From: Octopus vulgaris
Lineage: Eukaryota
DNA: 64,000 nucleotides
NCBI GenBank assembly: GCA_951406725.2
Contig: OX597831.1
Location: forward strand, 59,644,001 to 59,708,000
Direction of reading: 5' to 3'
The notes beneath the pieces are model-generated. The model worked only from the letters and a program-made list of their open reading frames with translations, had not been told where the DNA came from and did not search any database. This document shows, one piece after another, positions 40,996 through 55,815 of this stretch. Position 1 is the first letter of the stretch. Each line of letters opens with the position of its first letter. Position numbers and translations under genes: made by a program.

Positions 40996-42884
40996 ATCAT
41001 TATGTGTATATGTATATATATACATATAGAGAGAGAGATAGATATATATATTTATATATGTATATATGTATATAGATAGATAGATATTACTTACACATAT
41101 GCATACTTACATGTGTACATGGATAAACAAGGGGGAATTAGCTAGAGACGAACACGTCCATACATTTACTTTATTAGATGCCTTTGTTTACGTTTGCAAG
41201 TAATATTAGATATTTTTTCAATCCTGTACGTTTATCGATTAACTATGCCACCTATAACCTTTTACTTTGTCGATATGTTTACATTAATTATTTATTACTG
41301 TATTGACTTACACATATAGTTACATATTGATGATTAGACAAATTCTTTTGTTTGTGTATATGAACATATTTGTCCGTGTGTGCGTGAATGTGCTTTTTTG
41401 TTTGTTTCACAACCAATGTATATTTTTATTTTCATTTTCGCAATACATGTTCATTTTTCCAGACATAGCTGTTTTCAAATATTCTACAAATTCATATAGT
41501 AACGAAATTTTTTGTTGGAATAGAACCACCTCCAATTTTCCTTCTCTCTATGGTGACCATCCTATTATCTATAACACGCCCTTTCATTTCTTGCGTACTT
41601 ATACTACGTACGAGTCTTTCCCAACCATAGATATGTTTGTTACTTCCATATCATTTACGATATTCTACAGTAATTTTAATTTTAAATTACAATTTAAAAA
41701 AAAATTTCGGGTAATAAAAATATATGTAATGACCATTATTCATAACTTGTGTTATATATCATTCTGTGTAAAATAATTCTGAGAGAAGTTCAATCACGAA
41801 TTACAATACAGAATTGTGATGAATCATCACCTTGGACTCCGCCATAAGAAAACTTGGAGTTCGTTACTAATGTAAATAATATTGCTAGCCTGGTGTACCA
41901 ACAGAGAGCTTATGTAATATTTTGCCCAGATTGATAATCCCTCTCTGTTATCTATCTATATTTCTATCTATCTATATATTTATATATATAAAGAGAGAGA
42001 GAGAGAGAGAGAGAGAGAACGTGATAAGGAGCATGAGAGATATAGGCATATATTTCCTTATCAATATTTGTTTTAACATTTCGTATTCCTTCATATCGAT
42101 TAAAATTACAACACATTATCTCTCCCGCACATAGGCAATATTTCATTTATTCTATTTCCTTCCGATCTCGATAATGCTTTCTTTCTTTATCTGCATCTAC
42201 GTATTTTCTCTTACATCCAAACTAGATTTATAAGGAAGTATAAAGTACGAATTATTTATAAAATGATACAAACATATGTGCCATTCATAATTTTGTCAAG
42301 ATATTCCGTGTAATTGTGAGCAACGTAAGGATATTTTTTTCGCTACCATAATAAAGTATAATACAGTGATCAATACCATAAGCTTGACACCAGTTTGGCA
42401 AGCTGCCGGAGGCCTTATAAATCAGTGAGGCATTGTGTGTGATGCGCAGATGAAATGGAAAAGAGTTAATGATGCATGATTATCCAGTAAAATATGTTTA
42501 TGGTTTAATTTGATGCATTCCATTGCTGGAATCATATGTTGTTTATTGTTAATATCCAATTTACCCAGCAAGCTATTTATATTTGCTTGAATTTCTGTTG
42601 TAGCATATGTTTGCGTATAATTAATAATTTATGATTTTGTGAACTTTATTGAAGGGTGGTTTCTTCAATAAACTTTATAGAATACAGGAGGCAGGAGTTT
42701 TTGCATAACAAAAACCCAAGTGTTTTGGATTCCCAGTGCTTTGTGTGCATAGATTCTGAAGACCATATCTCAAGTGATGATACACTTTCATTTCGATTGG
42801 GGAAACTTACACATAAATACACCATATATCAAGAAAATCTGACTCAATATAGCTTCATTGTTTCTAAGATAACAAGATGATAAA

Positions 42885-43080
42885 CGCGCTGAAACATCAG
42901 CACGCTGGAAATATTGCTAAGCGACATTTCGAATGCCTTTACCTTCCGACTTCAAATGCCTACGAGGTCGACTTCGCCTTTTATCATTCAGACTGTGACG
43001 ACATAAATAACAGTTGAGCACTGGGGTCATTACAATCCCCGCATAGTTCAGTTCTTGTTACTACACTAGAAAATATTATT
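42885..43080 (+). mobile_element. SINE family B, degraded
   Basis: gaggtcgacttcgccttttatcattc...gagcactggggtcattacaatc. Confidence 0.7.
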
Positions 43081-43775
43081 TGTAAGAAAATACCACATTA
43101 TTTAGCACTACTTATTTTTCCCCTGTCAGGGAACAAGTGCTCTGTTAACTGGTACTAGGTAAATTCAAGTGTACCTTTGGTATTAAGTTCATAGTTAAGC
43201 TCTCATTTCTGTATAAACGTCAGTTTTGTTATAAGATGATACGAAGGTTGCTGATTATTCACATTTTGTTCTTAAATCTGTTCCATTTATCCGCCATGTC
43301 ATTTCATATGGAATAATAAGATTCCGCATAAAAGGTTTCTTCATGCGGGGGATGACAATCTCAAAAGTTTTCTTCATAAGGGGGATGACAAACTAAAAAA
43401 ACGGGGAATATTTTGGCATATGAATGACTATAAAACTAATATAATTTTCCTTTCGATTCCATAATTATACTTACAGGCTTTGTCTTGTATTTCGGCTCAG
43501 TTAATTAAGAATATTATCGCTCATCAACTGCAACACTTCCGGTATTTCACTCAATTAGCGCGGAACACTGCTCGCAACAAAATATTATTGTTATAGAGAG
43601 AAACCCAAAAGGTCTAAATATAAAAACATAGAACTTAGTTTCCAAAAATGTATATAGTAGAAAGAGGTAATCTCATAAATTGGATCATCTGTGTAGTTGT
43701 TGACGATCCTCTGTAGATGTGATGTACGTGGTGAAGATGGTAGTTATAGTAGCGTTTTAATTTGGTCTTTACTCG

Positions 43776-43945
43776 AAGGCAGTAAGCTGGGAGAATCTTT
43801 AGCAGGCGGGACAAAATACGTAGCGACATTTCGTCCGTCCTCGTGCTCTGAGCTCAAATTCCGTCAAGGTCGACTTACGGGTTTGATGTTAATTGATTTA
43901 CCCCCTCCCCCAAATTTTCTGGCCACATACCAAACTTTAGAAGCA
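43776..43945 (+). mobile_element. SINE family B, internally deleted
   Basis: aaggcagtaagctgggagaatc...gagctcaaattccgtcaaggtcgactt...ccccctcccccaaatttt. Confidence 0.75.
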
Positions 43946-44452
43946 GTTTAGTCTTTACTCCAAGAATCTCCACGCTGTGGCAGACAGCAGGAGACCTGAA
44001 ATATTTCTGGACAAAATATTTACGTTTTATGCTGTAGGTATTTTAATCAAGTCGATAGAAACCGAAGTAAGGTGAAATACATTCGCTTTTCGCTCGATTC
44101 TCGAAGAGATTAGATGGCTGACGATACGAAAATCATACCGGTTAAGGTGTATGATCTGTAAATTGTTGCAATTTGAATATAAACCGTAAATACACATATT
44201 ACTGTGTAAGAACCCAAACAATATCGCTGGTGAAGCAATAGGAGACCATGTTTGATATTTCGGTTACAAAATGTTCTTAACGATGAACGCAATATTACAA
44301 AGAAATGATTTGTAGAGAGGCAACAATACAAACGAATGCTATTTGATATATAACGATGATAAACATTTGTTTAAATCAACCAATTAAGGCCATGCAATTG
44401 TTGTTGTTGAGTTTAAGGATATTTTCTAAAATATCACTTCTCTCGTTCTTGT

Positions 44453-44572
<120 letters not shown>

Positions 44573-44590
44573 TGTGTGTGTATGTGTGTA

Positions 44591-44765
44591 GTTAATCCAA
44601 ACATGAACACAGAGAAAGCCCAAAAACGCGAGGACGTGGAACATATATAGTGTTATTGGACGTTCAGGAAAGGAAAGAAAGAAGGAGGATCTAACGTTTC
44701 GAGCGGAGCTCTTCGTCAGAAACTTAGAAAAAGAAAAGGTCCAAGGAAGGGAAGCCGGAGGAAAA
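44591..44765 (-). mobile_element. ~170-bp non-coding repeat with a minimal hammerhead, copy 2
   Basis: Homolog of 9762-9930, inserted between (TG)n and (TATG)n tracts. Confidence 0.75.
44688..44724 (-). ncRNA. Minimal type I hammerhead ribozyme motif
   Basis: Minus strand: GTTT-CTGACGA-A-GAGC-TCC-GCTC-GAAA-CGTTA, with a perfect 4-bp stem II and the palindrome AACGTT in place of helix III. Confidence 0.65.
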
Positions 44766-44919
44766 CATGCATACATACATATTTATATGTATGTAGGTAT
44801 GTATGTATGTATGTATGCATGCATACATGCATGTATGTATGTTTGCATGAATGTATATATGTATGTATGTATGCTTGTATGTATGTATGTATGTATGTAT
44901 GTAAGTATGTATGTCTGTA

Positions 44920-45733
44920 CAGGTCATTAAGAGTGAAATGTACAATTTTCTTATGCAGCAAGTTTGACAGTCGTAAACTAATATTTTATCCTGACAATTT
45001 ATTGAGTTACATCATCGCTTTTCGAAATGCAATTCATGGTGTATTATTGTATTGTGAGTTCTCTGTTGTAAATCAATGTTTTGAACTCATGCATAGATAA
45101 AAAAGATTGTGTTGTGTACGAATATGAGTTCCAGCGTGGAACCAATGCATCCCAGATGGTGCGAAATATGAATAAGCTGTTTCATGACGATGGCGCGAAT
45201 GAGCACACTGTACGTCGACGGTTTGAGAAGTTCCGGTTTTGTGACTTTACTCGAAAAAAGTAGCTCCGTTGTAGTCCTGAGGTCCTGAGACCAAGGTAGA
45301 AAACGATGAGCTGGAAACTGTAGTGTAAGCGGTTAAATCTCAATCTAAGTGTGAGTTAGCAGCAAGGTTTAATGTTTCGATTCCAACAGTATTGGACCAT
45401 CTGAAATAAATCGGCAAGGAAAGAAAAGGGAAAAAATGGATACCACACGAACTGAGCGAGCATCAAATGACACGTTGTCTTAAAACTTGCTGTACTTTGC
45501 TGCCATTGCATAAAAATGAACCATTTTTGTATCGTTAGCGACGTGTGATGAAAAATGGATTGTTTTCAACAATAACCAGTATTCTGCATGGTGGTTGGCA
45601 AGAGACAAAGTGCGAAAACACAATCGGAAAAAGAATATTTACCATCGCTGGTGTCACCAACTACAGCTTCATAAGACCTGGTTATTCAATTACAGCGGAT
45701 GTATATATCACCCAATCGGATGGAATTATTTGA
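44920..45733 (+). mobile_element. mariner transposon 5' fragment
   Basis: YEYEFQRGTNASQMVRNMNKLF...TVRRRFEKFR (HTH), KWIPHEL and TCDEKWI; the 3' part is missing. Confidence 0.85.
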
Positions 45734-46556
45734 CTTTGAAATTTTAAAAGAAAAGGGAGATAATTTTCTTAAATCGTGTTCTCAATATGTTGTACTGTTG
45801 TAATGCATTTTGAGAACATCATTTTTATAAGGAAGTGAGCAGTTGTAAAACAAACTATTTTTCTCAAAATCAAAAAATGCAAGAAAAGTTACACATTGCC
45901 CCCATCGTTCCTAACTTTTATAATAATTTTTGAATACAAAACAGGCTGTAATAACGTACTCATCTTTACTACATATAGGTCTGACTGCAGCAAAATCTCC
46001 CGGTCAATAATTAAAATGCGGAAGACTATTTAATTGTTCTGGTTTGTTTATACAGTAAATTATCTGATGCAACAAAATATTAAGCAATGGTTACATAAGA
46101 ATTTGTTAATTAAAAACTTGTATCATATATATGCATATTATTTCTTACAAGAAAAAATATCACTTGGTGATATGCCAAACTTGCAGTATAGTTGTTAATT
46201 GAAATGGAGTAATATTGAAAATTAAGGTAATTTGCGTAGCGTAGAAAATTCTGTTCAATATATTCCAATAACGTTAAATGTACAGTCTGAAAATGTTGAA
46301 CCTAATTGCACAGTTTATATGATATTAGCTTCTGCATGTTTATGAATTGGTGTGTCATGTTCCTTAATAATAATGACGCTTATTCCTTTTCCACTCTTGC
46401 TTTTAGCACTATCATTGACTCTCAACGCGCACAGTTTCTATTCCGATATCATAACTTCCACTTTGGTCTGTCTACACTTTCATCATTTCTGTGTCTATAT
46501 ATTTTAATTTATGCTTTTTTAGGTGTGCTAAATGGGCGATAGTAATCTCTAACTCT

Positions 46557-46776
46557 GTGACATTGTAGAGCACATCGCAATCTAAATTTATGACTTGTCT
46601 TATTTATATTTCCTAATATTTACTATATCATTTTAGTTTTTAGTGTCATTTTAGTTTGAGGTTTTCGTGACATTGTAGAGCACATCGCAATCTAAATTTA
46701 TGACTTGTCTTATTTATATTTCCTAATATTTACGATATCATTTTAGTTTTTAGTGTCATTTTAGTTTGAGGTTTTC
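46557..46776. repeat. Tandem duplication, 2 x 110 bp
   Basis: Units start gtgacattgtagagcac at 46557 and 46667; one visible mismatch (tactatatc/tacgatatc). Confidence 0.97.
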
Positions 46777-48679
46777 GTTTCCTCAACGCATGGTTTCTAT
46801 TTGTGCTACCTTAATCAGCATTAAGGTAATTTTTGTCGACATCGACGGTCAGATTAGGTATAGAAATACGAGATATTTTATTTGGAAATAGACGAATCGA
46901 TGGACATTGTTTACACTATGTATGCGTTTATTCTTTGCTGATTGGCTTTGTTCTTTCTCTTCGGCTATGTTCTTCGGTAGTCGTCTTATCATTGTACGTC
47001 AACAGACATGAAAATTATAAGAGTTTACGTTAAATCCTGTGTATATCAAATGGTATTTATGCTCGCTACATGGTGGAAATTTTTCTTGAAACAAGCAATA
47101 ATGAAGAAGCATACATACACATATATGTGCGCGTGTGTAACTTTGAGTCAGTGTTTGTGTGTGTGTGTATGCATATATATATATATATATATATGTGCGT
47201 GTGTATGTGCATGTATATATATATATATATATATATACATATATATACATACATACATATATATATATATATACACACATATATGTATATATACATATAT
47301 ACTTACATATATATATGTATATATATATATCCTTATATATATATATATATCTATGTTAATCTTACGTAAGTGCGCTCTCGGCGATAAGCTATCTGGGAAG
47401 AAAAGTTGTCACGTTTCAGAGTACAGTATTATCCGCTTTCATTTGCGCATTTTATGGAAGCACTCAGCATATTTGTCAATAGTTTCATGCACTTGTTTAA
47501 AAAACCAAATAATGCAAATATTAAACCCTACTTATTATACAAAAGTGAATGTTGATTTTTCTTTTTACATTAAAAACAATTTGAACCCTTAATAGTAGTT
47601 GCAAATACGTTATGAGATGCATTGTCTACTGGAACATTTTAATGGCTGCATTACTCTTGATAAATTTCCTATAACCACCTTTGTTAATATTCACAATTAA
47701 CATAGTTATTCAGTACATATGTGGATATTTGCTTATTTCAAGTTCATCAGTCTGTAGCGCTGCATATGCTCAACTGACGTCGATGAATCTAGTAAAAGGA
47801 AATATCAATAATCGTATATATGGTGGTATAGAAAAAAATTCAGCCTTTCATTTATCCCTATTCGAATAATACCTTCCAAAGTTTGTCTTATTTCTTAAGT
47901 CTAAACATATTAGTTTATACATATACATACACATCTTCCAGAGGAGAAAAACAACATCACTGTTGAATTCTTCTAGCAATCGTTTCTATTCTCTTTTTCG
48001 TATTTGCTGCCTTTTCGATATTTTCAGAATAATGTTTAACAGGATAAAAGTGCAAGGTAACACATTAATTTTTTTGCGATGGCATTTGAGAATAACAAAC
48101 CCGTCAATACCTCTTGGCAAGACAGATATGATGAGTATGACGCTGTTTCTTCATGCGTATAAAAGAAGGACAGTTTATCACACTAAAGTTTTACTAGCGC
48201 ATTATGGAATTATCAACCTGTGACGTTTGTGTCATTAGAAAAATTGCCAGAAAATAAATTTCCAAACTCGTAACACAAGCATGGAAAATTTCAATCATGA
48301 TTGCGAATTTAATTCATATATTCAGCGCTTCATTACGTTTGCATATAAAGAGGTACCTACATAGGCAGAAAAATATCTATATCGTTCTCTTTGCATGCAT
48401 CTCTATCTCTCTATCCACCGAGACGTATATACACACACGTACGCGCACACATAGAGGCACACACATGCGGGCGCACACACAGGGACACACATGCGCATAC
48501 ATATATGCAGGTACAACTTTAGTTGTCTCTAATGTTACAGTGCAAATTGTTTCTGAGCAGCAATCATCAAATAGGATTCGTGTAAAAACGTAGGGAAATA
48601 TTTTAATATTAATTAAAAAACACGAATGAAATTTAAAGTGGTGTATTCACTTACACTCTATATCAATCTATGTATGTAT

Positions 48680-48701
48680 GTATCTATCTATTTATCTATC
48701 A

Positions 48702-48770
<69 letters not shown>

Positions 48771-48810
48771 CCTATCTGTCTGTCTATCTATCTATTTATC
48801 TATCTATCAT
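48680..48810. repeat. (TCTA)n microsatellite
   Basis: Imperfect tetranucleotide run. Confidence 0.95.
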
Positions 48811-48877
48811 TCTCTCTCTCTCTATCTGTATAATTATATATATCTATGTATATATATATAAATATATATACATATAA

Positions 48878-48927
<50 letters not shown>

Positions 48928-51261
48928 GCATATAGATGTGCATATATATATACATATATATATATGCATATAATTACATATATATATATATATATACGTA
49001 TATATATGCATATATATGCATATATATGTACATGCATATGTTTTTGTGTGCGTGTGTGTGCGCGTGTTCGTGTGTGTGTTTGTGTGTGTTTGTATGTGTG
49101 TTACGTCTGTGTTTCTATGTATAATAGTTACTTTTATTTATGCTAATGCGAATTTATTCGTTAACATTAATAAATATGTGATGTATGCGGTAAAGGTAAT
49201 AAAGAAGATACGATTGTATCATCTTTTAATATTTCGAAGAATTAATTCTTGTATATTAAAATGTTTCGGATGTTCTTTTGAACCAATCCATTTTGAAGTT
49301 GACATGATATTTAAAATTTATTTGCAGAGAGATCGACCTTCTCGAATTTAAAACTCTTTCATTCGTTCTTTGAAATAGTGAACAAAATATATAACTTCTA
49401 ATTTATATGTTGCATTCGAGTATCATCTATCTCACTGTCAAAGAAGTACTATGGTATTAAGATGAAAGAAAAAAGAATTGAAATACGCTACGTGTATGAA
49501 ATGGTTTCGTGTGTGCGTATGTATATACATTTCACATCACCTTCATAAATACATATTCTCACTGAGCTTTGAAACATCTTTTTAAATACTCTATCTTCAG
49601 ATTCAAAAACATGAGACAAGGCACACGGCGTTTTGTTTCTGTCCCTTTCAATATCTCTCATTTGAGAGTGTTCCCATAATATTTCTCTAGTATTTTTCAA
49701 TTTACTTGCAACCAAAAGATACAAAAGGAGCTGGTCTGTGTTTCCTTTAATTTTCGTTTGGCATGTATCTTAAGTAGATGCTGTGTTCATCCTAGCATCT
49801 ACTTAAGCACCACTACTTGCTCAGATAACATATATGTTTGATATGCGTTGCCTGAAAATTCTAATTGAAGCAGCGCATGCACAATACATGCATATACTTG
49901 TAAATAAAGCATACAATAAATTTAGATCACATGGTTCCTGTTCTCTAAACAACGCCAAAAGCTACCAGTTAAAACCAAAAAGCAAACTCCATGACTCACG
50001 GTAGTTGAAATATATGTCTGCCACGTAAATTTCGGACGAACCTGTTATACATGTGCCTTTAAACCTATGAAAAAACCAGGCTTTGCTCTTACTGCAACTA
50101 CAAATTGCCAATGATTTTTTTTCATTATTATTCATGTTTTAATAAAACAATCTCACCAAGTGAGACCTGTACAATACTTTTGTGGTAGTCAGTAACTGTG
50201 ATGTTGCTAGCAGGCCGCTCCTCAGTAGCCCTGTCCAACTGGGCGGCTAGTTTGAGCATTTGTAGCCATAAACACCTTGTTTGAAACTACAATATTCATG
50301 TTCAATTGATCATTTGAAAGGATGATCTAGAATGGCAGGTATATCATTGCCCTGTCTTTCTCACTACAAGTATTATTTCTTATTCCTTAATTCCATTTTT
50401 AAGTAGCTCACTATCACATTTTTCTATCCTGGAATGTGAAATCGTGTGACAAGTAAACAGTACACATTCATATTTCCTGCATAAGTTGTCTCTACAAATT
50501 TTAATCGTACCGTTTATATAGTATTTGGCCAGAATTAAAGACCTATGTAATTAGTTTCTGCTCATATTTGCGCATACGACGTCTTCAATCGGTAGATGGA
50601 AACCAATATGGGCAGATTTGTATGCTACTTCCCCTCTTACGTTCCACTTTTCGTAAACTAATTAACCATGTATCTGCTATACCATTCCGGTCGATACGTT
50701 ACAGTGAAGACTTGGAATTTCAAAACATCTTATTTACTTGAATTCGGGGCATACATGACCATTCCTCGGACAGCAGATTCGGTTCCACTGTTCATTTTGA
50801 AGTCCACTGTCACAGTAGAGTTGCACAGAAATATCTTCCAAATATGGATGTTTTCGCCTTTCTGAAATAACGCTTCAATTCCACTCGATAAAAATGGAAT
50901 AATGCTATATACTTTACATATTTATGGTAGGCTCCCTAACGTAAACATCATGCAAATGCTAATCAATATGATGATTGAGACAACTAAACGAATCGAACTA
51001 ATGTTACAAAGTATCCTATCTAAATTCGAAGCCGGCAGTGGGGTGTACACATTTATTCAGTATAAACTCAGTAAAGTCAGGTTGAGTGGGGATTAAATTC
51101 CAATGTATTCTTAACCTGGATTAATATCAACAAAGTCCATCAGAATTTAACTGCACTAAAATGAAGTGTCTGTCACTACAGTATTGCTTTCTCCTTGAAA
51201 ACATCTACATAGGTCGGCTATTATTCACGGATTTTTCAAACAGTTGGCCAATGCTCTTATA

Positions 51262-52515
51262 CAGGGTCAGGCAAAATGATCTGACACATTTGTAGGTTAA
51301 ATAAAAGGCATTGTTTTTCGTTTCTTTTTCAGTTGCTGCCATGAATTGGACTGGTGACCATCGCGCCTTCATTGTGGCAACGTTTATCAAAACAAACGAT
51401 TGTGTAACTGTTTGCACTTCAATCTTGGTAGACATGATCCCATACCAGCTCGAAACACGATCTTGATATGGGTTATCAACTTCAGAGCTACTGGATCTGC
51501 ATTGAAACGAAAATCAACCGGCCGACCTCATACCGCCAGAACTAAAAAAAATGTGGCAGCGGTAAGAGCTTCAGTTCAACAGTCTCCACGCCGTTCCACA
51601 TTTAAACGCGCCCAGGCTCTTAGACTTTGCGAAAGAAGTTTGCGAAGAATTTTTCACAATAATCTTCAAATGCATCCATACAAAATGATGTTGGCACAAG
51701 AACTCAGCGAAAGAGACACTGAAACTCGCACAGCATTGTGTTTGAAAATTCAACAACATGTCCCCCATGCAGCAGCTGTTTTTTTCAGTGACGAGGCACA
51801 TTTTCACCTGTGTGGCACAGTGAATGAGCAAAAATTCAGATACTGGGCCGAGAACAACCTCGGGAGTTGCATGAACGCCCTTTGCATTGTCCTCGGGTGA
51901 CTGTATGGTGTGCTGTGGCAGTATTCGGTATATGGGGTCCGTACTTCTTCGAAGAAGACAACGTTACAGTGACTGTGAACTCTGATCGATATTGTGAGAT
52001 GCTAGAGACTTTTCTCAGACCAAAATTGAATATGCTCCACGATATGGACAATGTTTGGTTTCAACAGGATGGGGCAACAGCCCACACTTCTCGACGTGCG
52101 ATGGGGATTTTGAGGAATATGTTCCCTGGTCATTTGATCTCATTGTGTGGTGACATCGGTTGGCCCGCCCGTTCACCTGATTTAAATCCGTGCGATTTTT
52201 TTCTTTGGGGATACCTCAAGTCAAAGGTATACATTAATCGCCCTCGATCTATTGAACAACTTAAAGATGCAATTCGTCAAGAAATTACTGCCATTCCACA
52301 TGAAATGACCCGTCGAGTTATTGATAACTTTCGTGAACGCCTTCGACAGTGTGTGGACAATAATGGATCCCATTTGACTGATTTAATTTCTAAAGCATAA
52401 TTAAATAAAATGGCATTATATGTACTTTCCAAAAATAAAAACACTTTTTTGTTTCTTTACTTCATTTGCCTTTTATTTAACTTACAAATGTGTCAGATCA
52501 TTTTGCCTGACCCTG
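51262..52515 (+). mobile_element. Tc1/mariner DD41D (rosa-family) DNA transposon, near-intact
   Basis: 49-bp TIRs (51262-51310 / 52467-52515, one mismatch) and TA TSD. Transposase motifs FSDEAHF, WFQQDGATAH and WPARSPDLNPCDFFLWG, with 41 residues between the second and third catalytic D. Confidence 0.95.
51341..52400 (+). pseudogene. DD41D transposase with two frame disruptions (~51410 and ~51860)
   Basis: ATG 51341 gives MNWTGDHRAFIVATFIKTND; the frame continues in ORFs 51400-51900 and 51867-52400 to TAA 52400. Confidence 0.9.
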
Positions 52516-53325
52516 TATATATATATATATGTGCGCGCGCGTAGTGTGTGTGTTTGCGTATGTGTGTGTGTGTGTGTGCGTGTGTCTATGTGGAACTTTC
52601 TGGTGATATTTTACAATATATTCCTTCAATAGCTACAACCTTATTGGGGTTTATTTCTAATCTTTGTCTGAAGCATGATTCATCTTGAGGCGGAATATAC
52701 CTAATAATTTATCAGACTAGAAAACATATTATATACACAACTGAAAGTAACTGAAAGTAAGATTTATATATCGTTCTTCTGATGACGTGAATGATGTGAA
52801 TTTACATAAAAAAACACTCTGCAAATGAAAAAAGAATAAATATAAAAACAAAGACAATATCACAAAATAACAAAAACTAATTCTTATTATCATGTTTTAG
52901 TGAGATCATAGTCTCGGTATCGACAGCAAAAGTTCTGTTTCGATGTCACCATATTCCATAAAATATTCATAATATTCATACTCCTGAGACAAAGTCCAGC
53001 AAATGTTTTCCAGTATATATATATATATATATATATTTCTTTATCTAAAGTTCTTTGAAACATGTGGAATTACAAAGAGATAAATTACAGCAAATTATTT
53101 TTCCCGCTTTGATTTCTTTATATTATTTCTTTGAAACAGTGTAACAGTTCAAACGATTTTTGGTTATCAACATCTGTGCAACATATAGTTAACAAAATTT
53201 GGATGTTTATCTTACCATGATAAATACTATAGGATATTAATGATGTCGTAACACTGCTTCACTACTTCACACGCACGAAATCATATACTCTCTGAGAAAC
53301 AACACTGCACATTCATACACCTGCA

Positions 53326-53431
<106 letters not shown>

Positions 53432-53454
53432 TACATATATATGTATATATAAGT

Positions 53455-53485
<31 letters not shown>

Positions 53486-53528
53486 CATACATGCATACAT
53501 CTTTACATATATATATATGTATACATGC

Positions 53529-53576
<48 letters not shown>

Positions 53577-54106
53577 GAGTGTATGTGTGTGTATATATGT
53601 AGAAATGTACTTGATTAGACACACTCAGAAACATGTGTATACACATTTCTATGTATATACAAAAGAGATAGTTTATGTGTGCATGTGTGCGTATGTTTGT
53701 CTATGTGTGTGTGCGTGCAAGTATGTGTGTTTGTGCTGATCTCTTTCAGGATATCGAAAAGCAGTAAGAAGACTTAAATTTCTTATCCGTCCAATACCAA
53801 CAATGGGCATACACTAATAAACAAAAGCAAAGATATATCAGTTTATCTAGATTCGCAGTAGCAAATACACAGAATCACAGAGAACAATTACAGTTGATAA
53901 AACAAAGACAGTATTCTAAACCTGTCATTCAATTCCGATAACCCAACAAAAAGATTTTCTCGATCTGTGCCGAAAAGTGTCGGTAGATTCAAAAACGAAA
54001 TCTCTAATGTAAAAAAAATTATAACAATGTAGATCATATAACCTACATGTGCATATAGTTATAAGTGCAAGGCATTTCAGTGTGCGTGCCAGCGTACATA
54101 TATATT

Positions 54107-54192
<86 letters not shown>

Positions 54193-54466
54193 TTATGAGA
54201 AGTAATGGTGTCAGTAAGACCCAAAGGTGTCAGATAATGCTGAGTGAGTGGTATGGATAGACCATATTTAAGCTGCGGGTTCGGTGATTATGCGACTAAG
54301 GAGTGCAACGAGGTCATATATCGGCGTGCTTATATATACAATTTTTTTTCAGAATGCGATAAAAAATAACCAAGGTTGGAAACAGGTATAAGACCTATTT
54401 ATAAATGTTCCAAAATCTTGACACCCTTGCTATTTTATCTCATCCTGAAAAAAAAATATATGTTAC

Positions 54467-55815
54467 CAGTTCACCATTAGAACAAACTTCACCTGTGCAT
54501 CAGAAAACTTCATTTACGTCTTAACATGCGCAGGCTGCAATAGACAGTATATAGGCCATACAAAAAATAGCTTACGTAAAAGGATGGCGGTGCATAAATC
54601 CCAAATTAGAAACCCTGAATACCGGAAAATACCGGTCAGCGGACACATAGATAGATGTGCTACAAATGAAAATCCGGAATTTACAACTTACCCACTTTAC
54701 AAATTCAGTGACAGCGTAACCTTCGCCCAATGCCAAAATAAAGAACTTTATTTCATCAAAAAATTTAGACCAAGTTTGAACACCCTGGGCCAGGAATATT
54801 AAAACAAAACATTGGTCTTCCGAAAAGGAAAAAGGAAATTCTACCACAACCACCACGACCACTACGTCTGCTTCCACTAGCACAACCACCGTGGTCACTA
54901 CTATTGCTGCTACGATCAACAGCCCTCTACTGCTGCTACTGCTGCTACAGCCACAGTGTGAGAATTAAAATAGTAAAAAGAGGTTGGAAGTGGGGGCAAT
55001 TACAATTTCTCAGATCTTTAAACAGTCACTCCCGCTTGCAGTGGTATATTTTAGGGAAAGATGAATTTATAAAAATATTTTTTTTCTGCGAGCAGATCTG
55101 ATTTTGATTCGTTAAAAAATTGATGACGTTTTTCTTCCGTGGTCAAGCTTGTCGTTCTGCTTGGTTGGTTTCCTTACGGGATACAGTTATGGGTCTTTTC
55201 CTTGTATTCGTTGAAGTTTGGTTTTGATTGGTTTGGAATTATGTGACGTCAGTGAACAGTGCCAGTGAACCCACCACTATTGCTGCTACGATCAACAGTC
55301 CTCTACTACTGCTGCTGCTGCTGCCACGGCCACAGCTTAACTGCTACAACCTCAACCACCACCAAGGTTGCCAAAATTACGACCAACAGTAACAGCCACA
55401 GGTTACTACTACTACGACCAACAATCACTACTGTTGCTACCATTGGAACACAAGGTAACAAAAAAGCGGTTCCTTTTGATACCAGCAAGAAACAATAATG
55501 GACTTCTTCACTACGCTCAACAGTAATATAGCGATTATACCAACTACCGACAAAATACCTCCACATGGATTCTATTCAGAACAGTAAGAAACGATTATGA
55601 ACTTTTCTATTGCACTTTTTATAATATATTTGATAAGGTTCGTTTTTTCAAGAACATGGATTCTATTGAGACCAGTAAGAAACGATTATGAACTTTCCCA
55701 TTGCACTTTTTATAATATTTTTGATAAGGTTCGTTTTTTCAAGAACCGAAACATGTAAAATTCATAAGAAAATTAAAATTTATCTAAGATAGTGGCGTTT
55801 TCAAACTTCTTTTTT

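Noticed and set aside
43330-43400. ~34-bp imperfect tandem repeat, considered as CRISPR-like
   Set aside because: Only two adjacent units, no spacers, eukaryotic context.
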